From positions 78,705 through 142,704 of the IMG/VR virus record IMGVR_UViG_3300025009_000054: a DNA stretch of 64,000 bases; one strand, written 5' to 3'. The number at the start of each line of letters is the position of its first letter. Within the stretch, counting starts at the first letter, position 1. A program made the position numbers and the translations under genes. Below, piece by piece: positions 48,150-57,996 of the stretch. Below the pieces are notes generated by a model. It had not been told where the DNA came from and made no database searches. It saw only the letters and a program-made list of their open reading frames with translations. This stretch comes from a virus.

Positions 48150-51100
48150 TTACTCGTCTGATAGATCTATTCCAGATGCCTCAAGTAATTCGTCTGACGG
48201 TGAGCTTAACTGTAGCCCTATGTCAAGCGTTTCACTATTGTCATCATTGTCTTCTGTCACGTTTTCGAAATCATCATCAACCAACATGGTATCCAACTCT
48301 ACATCGGTAATATCATTAGACTGTGCCTGACGTGAATTTCGAGATGCGCTTCTAGTTGACGGTCTACTCTCATCAATTTCTATAGGAGTGGACCACAACT
48401 GCATTTCACCACCACCGGCCATTTCATCAGCATCAGCGATAGATGTACCCATTGTATCCTGCTTAACCTGTGCGACAGCCCTCATACCATTCTTTGGAGC
48501 AGGTATGGTCTGAGACGCTGTTCTATTAGGAGCATCAGATACTGTCCTAACAAATGTCTCAAACGATTGATCATCCATAGCTAACAAATCGCTAGCTAGT
48601 CTTTTCTTATTTTCCTGTGCCTTACGTCGTGCAGTAATCTCAGGGACACCAGTAGACATCATAGATGTACCATCATCCAACATGCCCTTCTCTTCCATAG
48701 CACTAAGGACTTTTGATACACGCTTAGCTTGCATCCCCTTAGATTTCTCAACCTTGGCCTCAGATAGCATATCAAGTGCCTGTTTTACAGACTTCTGATC
48801 ACCATTGAAGAGCCCATTGACGAAATCCGCAGGAAAGATCTGTCTGTAATATGCAGCCTCGTCCTCTGATTTTGGTGCACCTACAGAGCCAACTTCTGCC
48901 TTTCGGTCCTGAAGGAATGTAGGCACTTTCTTTTTACTAACGTCGTCATCATCATCTTCCTTCTTGCCAAAAGGTGGCTTCTTACCACCAAAAGGAGGAG
49001 CCTGTTTACCACCAAAAGGAGGCTTCTTATCTTTATGTTCACTAGCCTCTTCCTTTGGTGTCTCCTTATCTTCGTGTGCCTTGCCTTCATCTTCATCAGC
49101 GTCTTCACCTTCATCAGGTTTCTCGCTCTTAATTTTAGGCTTTCCACTACCAGGCTTATCACCATCTCCGCCCTTAAGTTCGTCTATGCTATCCTGGAGA
49201 TTTTCCATAAACCCATCCATACCATCACCAGATATGCCTTGTAACCATGACTTAATTTCATCGACGGTATAATGGCCATCCTCAGCTACAAGGACAGCAA
49301 AGATACCAGAAATAAGTTCATCTAGTGGAATCTTACCGGCACCATCTTCATCACTCATTTTATCAGATGCATCAGGAGATGGATTTAATGGTTTATGATT
49401 GCCTTCTGGCATACCACCAGCACCCTTCGGTTCATCACCAAGGAGTTGCGCACCAATCTCTCTAGCAATAGCCTGTATACCACGTTCTTTTATTGCTTCT
49501 GTTACCATACCAGCATACTCATCAGAACTAAACCACTCGTAATTACCCTTAGTGTCAATGGGAAACGCATTAGACGCAGTAATCTTCATTATTGGTTTGA
49601 TGCCAGATGTGATCATCCAATGACTCTTAGAATACTGATCATTGGCAACAAACGATGCCTTAATATTACGAGCGGTGACGGTAGGTATACCCTCGCTATG
49701 AGGTTTACCCTTCTTCTCAGCATCAATAAACGATTCGGGGTCCTTACCCTCAGCAGGATACTTCGGAAGTTTCCCACTTTCCATAGCACCAGACGGAATC
49801 TTAGAACCGCTAGCATCGGAACCATCGGCAACCTCTGGAATAGTCACACTATGAGCGGCACCGGCCTTTTCAGGTTTAATAAGTCCATCAGGATCTTTTC
49901 CTTCAACCGAATAAGACGGCAATTTACCACTATCAGTGACCGCCGCACTAGGAATAGCTGCGCCAGCCGCTCTCATACCAGCTTCTACACCGGCCTGTAC
50001 TGCGGTATTCAGCATCGCCTGTACTGTAGGGATATCAATAGAGTAGGACTTACCAGGATTCTCTCCATTAATCATTGATGCAGGATCGGTATTAACTTTG
50101 GTATTCTTCATAGGATTTTCCATCGACGCACTCGGAATGGTCGTCTTAGTTAGATCAGCGTCGGTATCAGTATCATCGTTTGGAATTTCAACGGAATGGG
50201 ACTTACCAGGCTTCTCTCCACTAATCATAGAGGCAGCATCATCACTCTTATTACCAACAGGTGCCGCAGTATTGTGCAGCGATGCACTAGGTATGTCGGA
50301 CTGAGCCTTAACACCCATTGCAGCCAATCTCTCATTAACAATAGCTCGAATAGCTTCTTCGTCCGTACCAGCCACCCCACCAGCACGTCCAACGGAAGTA
50401 CCGAGTTTCGCGAGTTCCGCTTTCACTATCATATCAATTTTCTCCTCCATAGACATTTCTGGTTCTATGTGGCTAGACGTGCCACTGAGCTCAGCTTCCA
50501 GAATGCTGATTTGATTATCAAAGCTCTTTACAGCCCTTGAATCTTCACCATGTGATATAGCAAATTTAGCACGCATTGATCTCGTGCTAGCTATTTGCTG
50601 TCTTATATCTTCAACATTTGGCCTAGAAATAGTAGGAACAGTATTATCGATCTCTTCAATCTCCGACATAAGATCTCTCTCTTCTGCTACAACAGTACTA
50701 GGTCCATCAATTAGCTCTGGGTGTTGTGCAAGTAGTTTATCTAGCATGGCGAGTTTCTGTTCTACACCAGGGGGCAGTATGATAGACGACGGCGCGCTAT
50801 TGGGGTCTATCATAGACTTACCATTTAACCCCAAATTCGCGATACGCTTTGCATTAGCTACATCGTCGTTATTTACGCCACTAGACGCAACACCACCACC
50901 GACACCGTTGGACCTCTGTACTTTACTAAACGCCATTTCGTCTTCACCTGCCAATGTCATTCTATATTTCGCATCAGAGTCAGCACCCGAACCACCAACA
51001 ATCCATGATATTTCCATACCAGTAATATCACGATTATCTTCATATACCTTGGTGCCATCGCCATCCATGTCTCTACCTTTATAGTAGCGCAAACAGTCGC

Positions 51101-51638
51101 ACCAATTTTCCTCTGCCGTAGCAAGATGTCCGCACCTACCACAAAGTGACCAATCTACCCAACATCCCATACTAACATCGGTTACGGCACCCTCATCAAT
51201 TGCCCTTACTAACCATGGTGCTTTACGCTTATCAACAGCCACGAGGAAATCGACGCGTTTATCATCATGGATAGGATATGTATCTATGATCGTGCCGACC
51301 CTATTGGGATTATTCCAATCTTCTGGTATAGAATTATGATTAATATAGCTACCGCGATTGTTCCACGTTTGGTAGGTATATACCGGTAATTTATGCTGTG
51401 CTGGATCACTAGATTGAGCCATTAGAATAGATGGCCTTATCTTTAATAGCTCTTCAGCATATCTGAAGTAATCACCATTATTATTTGGTGTATCCCCATG
51501 AATACCAGTAACGATATAATACTTCATATTAGGATCGCGCTGCATTAATTGGCGTGATGCAGTCCTATTAGACTTATATATAGAGTCTAAATCAGGATTC
51601 GTATTAACTATCTCTGCACGTGCCTGTCTGTACATCAT
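48150..51638 (-). CDS. Prohead protease fused to a long scaffold region
   Basis: PNNNGDYF, YINHN, GTIIDT, DVSMGC, CGRC...CDC, EISWI..GAD; then acidic, low-complexity and repeat-containing scaffold. Confidence 0.8.
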   Translation of the reverse strand: MMYRQARAEIVNTNPDLDSIYKSNRTASRQLMQRDPNMKYYIVTGIHGDTPNNNGDYFRYAEELLKIRPSILMAQSSDPAQHKLPVYTYQTWNNRGSYINHNSIPEDWNNPNRVGTIIDTYPIHDDKRVDFLVAVDKRKAPWLVRAIDEGAVTDVSMGCWVDWSLCGRCGHLATAEENWCDCLRYYKGRDMDGDGTKVYEDNRDITGMEISWIVGGSGADSDAKYRMTLAGEDEMAFSKVQRSNGVGGGVASSGVNNDDVANAKRIANLGLNGKSMIDPNSAPSSIILPPGVEQKLAMLDKLLAQHPELIDGPSTVVAEERDLMSEIEEIDNTVPTISRPNVEDIRQQIASTRSMRAKFAISHGEDSRAVKSFDNQISILEAELSGTSSHIEPEMSMEEKIDMIVKAELAKLGTSVGRAGGVAGTDEEAIRAIVNERLAAMGVKAQSDIPSASLHNTAAPVGNKSDDAASMISGEKPGKSHSVEIPNDDTDTDADLTKTTIPSASMENPMKNTKVNTDPASMINGENPGKSYSIDIPTVQAMLNTAVQAGVEAGMRAAGAAIPSAAVTDSGKLPSYSVEGKDPDGLIKPEKAGAAHSVTIPEVADGSDASGSKIPSGAMESGKLPKYPAEGKDPESFIDAEKKGKPHSEGIPTVTARNIKASFVANDQYSKSHWMITSGIKPIMKITASNAFPIDTKGNYEWFSSDEYAGMVTEAIKERGIQAIAREIGAQLLGDEPKGAGGMPEGNHKPLNPSPDASDKMSDEDGAGKIPLDELISGIFAVLVAEDGHYTVDEIKSWLQGISGDGMDGFMENLQDSIDELKGGDGDKPGSGKPKIKSEKPDEGEDADEDEGKAHEDKETPKEEASEHKDKKPPFGGKQAPPFGGKKPPFGKKEDDDDDVSKKKVPTFLQDRKAEVGSVGAPKSEDEAAYYRQIFPADFVNGLFNGDQKSVKQALDMLSEAKVEKSKGMQAKRVSKVLSAMEEKGMLDDGTSMMSTGVPEITARRKAQENKKRLASDLLAMDDQSFETFVRTVSDAPNRTASQTIPAPKNGMRAVAQVKQDTMGTSIADADEMAGGGEMQLWSTPIEIDESRPSTRSASRNSRQAQSNDITDVELDTMLVDDDFENVTEDNDDNSETLDIGLQLSSPSDELLEASGIDLSDE

Positions 51639-51651
51639 TTATTATATCCAC

Positions 51652-51840
51652 CTAACTACCAGAAGTACCAGAAGGTACATCAGTCGTATTATTAGCTCCA
51701 CAATGTGGACACCTTGGTGCTATCATTGGCATGTACTTTCCACACTTACACGGAATCTGATCACTAGCATCACGTATCATGCCTTTACTGGACGTCATAT
51801 TAGACGCTGTAACATACCTTACCATTGGCATCATTATCAC
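51652..51840 (-). CDS. Small zinc-ribbon protein
   Basis: CKCG...CPHCG. Confidence 0.55.
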   Translation of the reverse strand: MIMMPMVRYVTASNMTSSKGMIRDASDQIPCKCGKYMPMIAPRCPHCGANNTTDVPSGTSGS

Positions 51841-51867
51841 CTCTTATAGTAGTTAAGCTACTCATCA

Positions 51868-54531
51868 TTACATCGTATTGGGTAGATTCACATTACTAGT
51901 AGCCTCAGGCGGAAGACCTTCTGGCATACTTTCTATTGGCATCTCACCCATGTCCTCCGGACCAAATCCAGCCTCAGGTAGTCCCATACCACCATCTGAT
52001 GGTAGCATTGGCATATCAGGTCCTGGTGGTACGGGACCACCACCAGGAATTTTCATCGCTTTATCAAATACAGTACCCTTTTCTTTTTCAATACCCTCAA
52101 TAGCAACCTTAGGATTAATGCCAACAGATTTGAGTACCGTTGATGCAGGAATAAGTCCTTTGTCATATAATGCTTGCATTAGCTGTATTTTCTGCAAGTC
52201 ATCCCTCAAGTTTGCCTTAGACCAATGAATTTCAGGGTACCAAGGCACTCTATCTCTGCCACTAACGCGGTAACGACCCAACAATTCACTATCTACAGGT
52301 TTATATACGTTATGTATCCTAAGGATAGGACCAAAGAAATGGACTTTTAACCATTGCTCGACCTTCTTACGTAGGAATAGGTATCTATTGATTAAGACAT
52401 CCATAGCTACACTTGTTGCTGAGAATCCTGGTCCTGTTCCATCAATAAACCCTCTAGACATCAACATTCCGGCAAGGATGTTCTTTTCTATATTATCAAA
52501 TTCTGCATTCAGAGGTAGAATACGTCCTGAGTTACCGTGTATCGCCAACTTGCCATTCCTACGAGTTACAAATAGACCATTAGGAACTGTTACGCACCAT
52601 ACCTTACCATTATATTTAGTAATATTAATATCACCACTATTAACATGTGGATATTTTCCTATATCATTTTTAGTGGTCCAATATACCGCATAACAGTCGC
52701 GACGATTATCAAACCCACCTTTCTGTTCAGGTGTATATGGTTTAATAGTAGGAGCGTATCCACACTTCCACGCCAATTCCTGAATATCATCAGCTAATTT
52801 CACTGAAGTCGTCCAATATGTCCAGTAACCGGACCCACGATGATCACACCCATCACCATCACAGACAGCATCAAGAAATATCTGTATATAGCGCGGCGGT
52901 AGGTTTTTGATCCATTGTGGTACGCATTTTTTGTGCCACAGATGTCCAAAATCATCAGCAAGTTTTCTTGTTAAATCTGTATCACTACAGATTAGTCGCA
53001 CACATCTATTACCAACTTTATTGGGAGACGATACGTACTCAAAATGCGGTATTTTGGTATCAGACATTAAAGTGCGCATGTCATCTAAGACGCGAGTATT
53101 TTCATTTTGCGATATATAGAATCTGCCATCAGTGTCCGATCTAAAGTACGACGACCCCTCAGACGCAAAATATCCACCGAGTCTTAGATATTGACCAATT
53201 GTGATACTAAGGTTACCTATATCTATAGTATCACAATCAAGTTTAGTACCATGCCACTCTGCACCGACGCGGAACTTATAATCACCGCGCAACTCATCAG
53301 CACGTATTATTTCGTAGTCTGCATACTTGCGGACCCCATTTGCTCTTTTACGACGACTAACTAACATTCTATGATTCGGTGTCACCATAGTATCTACTTT
53401 ATTATCAGTGGAAAAATGGTACATATCGCCATCGTAGTCGTATATGTGTATAGCTTCAGGATTATGATATTCAATTATTCCAGTACCTTGATTTAGAGTC
53501 GCTATTTCATCATTAAGTGATAGCTCATTATAATACTTAAAGCCATCCCTAGTGAGACATTCAGTTTGATCATCATGGCAGGCACCCTCCCACTGAATGC
53601 GGAGTGCGTGATGCCACACTATTGCTTGATTTGGTTGTGTCCATGATGCCTCAAGTGCATCTTTAAATGAGTTAAGCTCTTCCTGATCTGCAGGCTCACC
53701 AGCTTCACCAATCATGTAGAACTCTTTTGGTGTTACGTGGCGATCTGCAATAGCGTATTGAGCTTCTCTCAATTTCTCCCTGTACATTAATAATTTGAAA
53801 CACGCGAGAAGTAATGGAGTTCCACGTTCATTATGAACATTGCCCATACTCTTAACGTGCGATGCACATATTGGGTCGAGGGGCATCGGTTCGTCTCGCA
53901 TGACGTAATATATCACATCTTCTGGCATATTACGATATATTTCGCCAGTGTTGGGATCATTAGGACCATTCGCTACAATACGTTTAGTAATAGGGTCTGG
54001 CAGTTTATTAATCCTTTTCGATGCAAGACCATGTGCCATTGGTAGCGAGAATACATCTACATAATCTGGATCTAAACATATGAATTTGTCCCACATTGTA
54101 GGATTGTCTGGATCGTCCAGTATGCCAAATGGGAAAAATTCGCCAACTGTCCAGTATTCAAGCACAGCATCCATTAGAAAATCGAATATTTCTGCCCTAT
54201 CAATCATTTCCTGGCATAATGCTTGTATAGCCGGATCTTCGTGTTCTACATATATATCTGATAACGGAAATTCAGTATGTAGAGTAAGAGCAGCTCTAAC
54301 AATTGGCTCTGAATCAAAGAAATATCTGCACCATGCATTTATCTTCCTTCGATCTTTTGGCACCTCCATAGTACTCATTTCCCAAAATGGGTTGAAATAC
54401 TGTTGGGTCATAAGGTCTACAGATCCGCCAGCGCTGCGTTTCATATTATTACGTGCGCCATCACTCATTGGAATGCCATTTAAGGCATTCGTGAACTCAT
54501 TATTCAGATTGGAGGTGATTAACCTACCCAT
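51868..54531 (-). CDS. Portal protein interrupted by an intein
   Basis: WCRYFF.EPIVRAA, EYWTVGE, LDPDYV, RGTPLL, AQYAIADRH; Pro/Met/Gly-rich tail; directly upstream of the protease. Confidence 0.82.
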   Translation of the reverse strand: MGRLITSNLNNEFTNALNGIPMSDGARNNMKRSAGGSVDLMTQQYFNPFWEMSTMEVPKDRRKINAWCRYFFDSEPIVRAALTLHTEFPLSDIYVEHEDPAIQALCQEMIDRAEIFDFLMDAVLEYWTVGEFFPFGILDDPDNPTMWDKFICLDPDYVDVFSLPMAHGLASKRINKLPDPITKRIVANGPNDPNTGEIYRNMPEDVIYYVMRDEPMPLDPICASHVKSMGNVHNERGTPLLLACFKLLMYREKLREAQYAIADRHVTPKEFYMIGEAGEPADQEELNSFKDALEASWTQPNQAIVWHHALRIQWEGACHDDQTECLTRDGFKYYNELSLNDEIATLNQGTGIIEYHNPEAIHIYDYDGDMYHFSTDNKVDTMVTPNHRMLVSRRKRANGVRKYADYEIIRADELRGDYKFRVGAEWHGTKLDCDTIDIGNLSITIGQYLRLGGYFASEGSSYFRSDTDGRFYISQNENTRVLDDMRTLMSDTKIPHFEYVSSPNKVGNRCVRLICSDTDLTRKLADDFGHLWHKKCVPQWIKNLPPRYIQIFLDAVCDGDGCDHRGSGYWTYWTTSVKLADDIQELAWKCGYAPTIKPYTPEQKGGFDNRRDCYAVYWTTKNDIGKYPHVNSGDINITKYNGKVWCVTVPNGLFVTRRNGKLAIHGNSGRILPLNAEFDNIEKNILAGMLMSRGFIDGTGPGFSATSVAMDVLINRYLFLRKKVEQWLKVHFFGPILRIHNVYKPVDSELLGRYRVSGRDRVPWYPEIHWSKANLRDDLQKIQLMQALYDKGLIPASTVLKSVGINPKVAIEGIEKEKGTVFDKAMKIPGGGPVPPGPDMPMLPSDGGMGLPEAGFGPEDMGEMPIESMPEGLPPEATSNVNLPNTM
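52531..53580 (-). mobile_element. Intein (350 aa) with LAGLIDADG domain in the portal
   Basis: Starts CHDDQTECLT, block B VTPNHRM, GYFASEGS and FLDAVCDGDG, ends VWCVTVPNG...IHGN followed by Ser+1. Confidence 0.92.
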
Positions 54532-54549
54532 AGTACCTCCGATGTACGC

Positions 54550-55914
54550 TTACATTTGCGATTGTGGATTTTGCGGATTTGGTTCAGGGTTAACAATACT
54601 CATAACTCTATCGTTAGTCTCATCTGCTACAACAGTTGATATCTCATCAACGACACGTTCAATGAGTTTTTTCATACTCTCATCAGAGAGATTCGTACGC
54701 CAAATAGATTTAGTGACTTGCTTAACAATATCTTCAAGCTGGTTCATATTGTTTTCAACTTCACCACGTCTATCATCATCACCACCAATATTATCATCTT
54801 GTTCGGGTGTACGCTGCGGCATGTTTTCTATTGGCATTTGCGGTGGTGCAGGACTAGGTGGTTGCCCTGGTCCAGGTTGCAGTCCTGGTGGAGGCATTTG
54901 CGGACCACCAGCGGGACCTAGATTGGGACGCGCTCCTTGTGGAGGCGGAACCATCTGTGCAGAAACTGGCCTATTAGTGATGGAACGTGTTGACATTGTA
55001 CGTACTGCTAGTGCTTTTCTATTAGTAAGAGTACCGGTTGAATCACACTCTCCATATCTTCCCTTTTTGTCATAAATCTTCACTACACTATCTTCCTTAA
55101 CCCATACGATACTCGCTGGCTTGTCGATCAATACTCTATACTCTTTACCACCAGTACTATACTCACGCATCGCAAGTATAGTACCCATTGTGACTTTACC
55201 TTGATATATCACTTTTACTCTAGTTGTACCATGATCAACATTGGCATCTCCATTGGCTGCAGATTTCTCCATGCCATTACCAGACATCTCTTGTATTGCT
55301 GACTGTGCATCTTGTAATGATGCATACTTACCATTAAGGATGCTAGGTGGGTCAGATACAGTATCCATGATGTAGTGCCCATTATCGGTATCTATCACAC
55401 CGAATGGCATACCATCGTAATATTTACCGAATGACATACGTGCTGTACGACTATCTGGATCCTCTTTCGTAATACTACCAACAACGTTACGTGCCTCTAG
55501 TGGAGAGCTATATCCATGTCCTATATATTGTGGTGGATCCTGGCTAGTGTCTATTACCCAAGATGCGCCAGTTCGAATATTGTGTATGATGGCATATGGT
55601 GGTACGCTATCTATACTAGCAAAATTATACGCACCAGCACGTCTATATGCTCCATGAGATATTGGTGCGTAAACACCAACAGTCACTAGTGACTGTTGTA
55701 TATCATGCCACTGTCTAATAGGTACATTGTGTTCAATGAGGTACTCTTCAAGAACCGATCCAGGTTGATTTCCAGTGAGCTGCGCAATAGCAACAACTTC
55801 ATGAGCATGATCACATGATGTAACAACCATGGAATGCTCCGCTTGTTCTATATGCATCGCTTTTTTCACAAACGATGCAACACTATTCATACCCCTACTG
55901 ATCGCATTAAACAT
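54550..55914 (-). CDS. Hypothetical head-associated protein
   Basis: 454 aa directly upstream of the portal; internal duplication (IDTSQDPP / MDTVSDPP), Pro/Gln-rich tail. Confidence 0.65.
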   Translation of the reverse strand: MFNAISRGMNSVASFVKKAMHIEQAEHSMVVTSCDHAHEVVAIAQLTGNQPGSVLEEYLIEHNVPIRQWHDIQQSLVTVGVYAPISHGAYRRAGAYNFASIDSVPPYAIIHNIRTGASWVIDTSQDPPQYIGHGYSSPLEARNVVGSITKEDPDSRTARMSFGKYYDGMPFGVIDTDNGHYIMDTVSDPPSILNGKYASLQDAQSAIQEMSGNGMEKSAANGDANVDHGTTRVKVIYQGKVTMGTILAMREYSTGGKEYRVLIDKPASIVWVKEDSVVKIYDKKGRYGECDSTGTLTNRKALAVRTMSTRSITNRPVSAQMVPPPQGARPNLGPAGGPQMPPPGLQPGPGQPPSPAPPQMPIENMPQRTPEQDDNIGGDDDRRGEVENNMNQLEDIVKQVTKSIWRTNLSDESMKKLIERVVDEISTVVADETNDRVMSIVNPEPNPQNPQSQM

Positions 55915-56096
55915 GCGGACCCTCCATATGAGAAAATTACCGCCTCAGCATGTGTTCACTTATACCGCACAGGGCAGCACACCAATATAATAGTCGAACA
56001 TACTCATTACAGGCGTTTGCCCTACTATGCATATTGGATTATAAATCGATTATGTTATATTGATAAATGGGATAAAGATTAGGGAGGACTGTAGAG

Positions 56097-56693
56097 ATGA
56101 ATGGTTCTGATATTATATATAAGCCTATGACAGAGGTTATGGTACACATAGCACAAACAGAAGTAGCTCCAGACACCATGCCTGATGACCAATTTTATGA
56201 TTGGTTTGCGGGTATTAGCTCTGGTGAGGCGACTTTTTATTCACGTATGAAGGAACTGCCATCCGGCAATACCACCGTTTACAATGAATTTAAAATAACG
56301 CTCCGTGTCGACGACAAACCACTCCTTGATACAATACAAAGACGACTTGGTGTTGGGATGGTACATAGAGTGAAGGCGTATGGTGGTGCTAAAGCCCAGG
56401 CAAGTTTTAGAGTCATAGATAAGCATCAGCAGTTTTATGTATTGGTACCAATATTTGACGAACACCAACTAGAGTCTAAAAAGGAAAGAGACTATGAGGT
56501 ATGGCGAGAGATTGTCCATATCTCAGTTACCTCTGACCCCACGGAGCATGCTGAGGAACTAGCCGAATTAGTACGCAAACTCCGTGAGGGTAGAGAGAAG
56601 TTCATTAATGAGAAATCTTACGGAATAGATCCAGAGGAATCAGTCCAATCCGTGGACACGGCTCCGGCACTTACGGCAGACAAGGATCGTTAA
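56097..56693 (+). CDS. Free-standing single-motif LAGLIDADG endonuclease-like protein; the only convincing plus-strand gene
   Basis: GGGAGG RBS; WFAGISSGEATF, FKITLRVDDKPLL..IQRRLGVG, LVPIFDEHQLESKKERDYEVW. Confidence 0.85.
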   Translation: MNGSDIIYKPMTEVMVHIAQTEVAPDTMPDDQFYDWFAGISSGEATFYSRMKELPSGNTTVYNEFKITLRVDDKPLLDTIQRRLGVGMVHRVKAYGGAKAQASFRVIDKHQQFYVLVPIFDEHQLESKKERDYEVWREIVHISVTSDPTEHAEELAELVRKLREGREKFINEKSYGIDPEESVQSVDTAPALTADKDR

Positions 56694-57131
56694 TTTATCT
56701 ACATCTTCTGATTGACAGGCTGGGCATATCAATTTTTGTTCAGCCTGTCTAGCGTTCTCCTCATTTATGGCGATCTGTGCAGTATTACCACTAAATACAG
56801 GCTCACCGCACTGTCTATGTTTAGCTCTAATAAGTTCCTTCAGTTCTTGGACATTATCGGATTCTTCTATGTTTGCAGTCCACTCGCTCAAATCATGCTC
56901 AAATTGAGCATTAATATTATCCAGTATATCATCGGTAATTCTAGGTCCATACATGTCAGCGATAATATCTATTAACGGCTTTGGGACATCTATGCAAAAT
57001 TTATTTTGCATATACTCTATACCAGGTATCAATCCCATTTCAGAAAATATATGGGCTACGTACCTCTGAGCATTCTTCGATGTTATCAAGTAAAGATCAC
57101 GGTTTGGCACTGGGCTTCTCCTTCCAGACAT
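56640..57131 (-). CDS. Hypothetical protein with C-terminal zinc ribbon
   Basis: CPAC...CRKC; 3' end overlaps the convergent LAGLIDADG gene by 54 nt. Confidence 0.6.
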   Translation of the reverse strand: MSGRRSPVPNRDLYLITSKNAQRYVAHIFSEMGLIPGIEYMQNKFCIDVPKPLIDIIADMYGPRITDDILDNINAQFEHDLSEWTANIEESDNVQELKELIRAKHRQCGEPVFSGNTAQIAINEENARQAEQKLICPACQSEDVDKLTILVCRKCRSRVHGLD

Positions 57132-57381
57132 TTCTAAGTGATGGTGCTATACCTGGTCCATACTGATCTTCATATTCAGATAGAGACATTCCATCATGTA
57201 CTATAGTGATATGGCTAATAAGACTATTTGCAGAGTAGTCTATACCATCATTAGCACAAATGCGGCATGTTACAGCATCGTCACGCAGTTTCTTCTGTGT
57301 CATATATATCCTCACTAACATTTCTATATCTACTAAGAACAACAGCTCTCCATAAGTAGCATGGAGAGCTGTAAACCGCAC
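57097..57381 (-). CDS. Small C2H2 zinc-finger protein
   Basis: CRIC...LISHITIVH..MSLSEY..QYG, the same finger type as 20959-21588; true start may be the downstream ATG. Confidence 0.6.
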   Translation of the reverse strand: MRFTALHATYGELLFLVDIEMLVRIYMTQKKLRDDAVTCRICANDGIDYSANSLISHITIVHDGMSLSEYEDQYGPGIAPSLRNVWKEKPSAKP

Positions 57382-57400
57382 TTAATATGGAATTCTAATA

Positions 57401-57868
57401 CTATATGATCCTCATAAATTTATGATGGTCAGGAACGTAAACGCGAGTATTACTACAAACCTCACGTCCTTCGCGGCTCCCGTTACTATTAGAATTACCC
57501 TCTATTGAGACAAATCTTGTTCCCTTAACACTCTCAACAAATCCGATATGAGCATACCTCTTAAGTTCCTTGCTCCACACGAAGAAGATTTTACCAGCTT
57601 CAGGAGTATTACTGATGTAACCCCTATTTTCTGCCCAATTATAAAGACCCTGAACATATCCTGTCTTTGGTAATATTGACTTTGTTTTGAGTTCACCTGC
57701 TGCCTGGTGCACCTTATATAAGACAAATGCACAACACCATGGGGCTGGTGTGAATATATTCACAAATTTTAGGTACACTGATACCCATTTACCCCAATTC
57801 GGTTTTTCCTCGCGCACACCTATAGATTGTTTCGCACGTTCGATTGTAAGTGCTGAAAGTTTATCCAT
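57401..57868 (-). CDS. CHAP-domain peptidoglycan hydrolase (endolysin candidate)
   Basis: Start re-called at ATG 57868 (AGGAGG). IGVRE, PWCCAFV (catalytic Cys), HIGFV (His), IEGNSN. Confidence 0.88.
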   Translation of the reverse strand: MDKLSALTIERAKQSIGVREEKPNWGKWVSVYLKFVNIFTPAPWCCAFVLYKVHQAAGELKTKSILPKTGYVQGLYNWAENRGYISNTPEAGKIFFVWSKELKRYAHIGFVESVKGTRFVSIEGNSNSNGSREGREVCSNTRVYVPDHHKFMRII

Positions 57869-57956
57869 GGAAGCACCTCCTAGTGATATAGTAGTGGTGT
57901 TTTGATGGAGGATGGTATGTATGGGGCCAATCCTGGTTGGGCTACTTATTAAGGGG

Positions 57957-57991
57957 CTGGTGGCGCAATGTGGTATGCATTGCGCCACCAG
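57957..57991. terminator. 14-bp perfect hairpin after the ligase gene
   Basis: CTGGTGGCGCAATG-N7-CATTGCGCCACCAG. Confidence 0.65.
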
Positions 57992-57996
57992 TGTAT

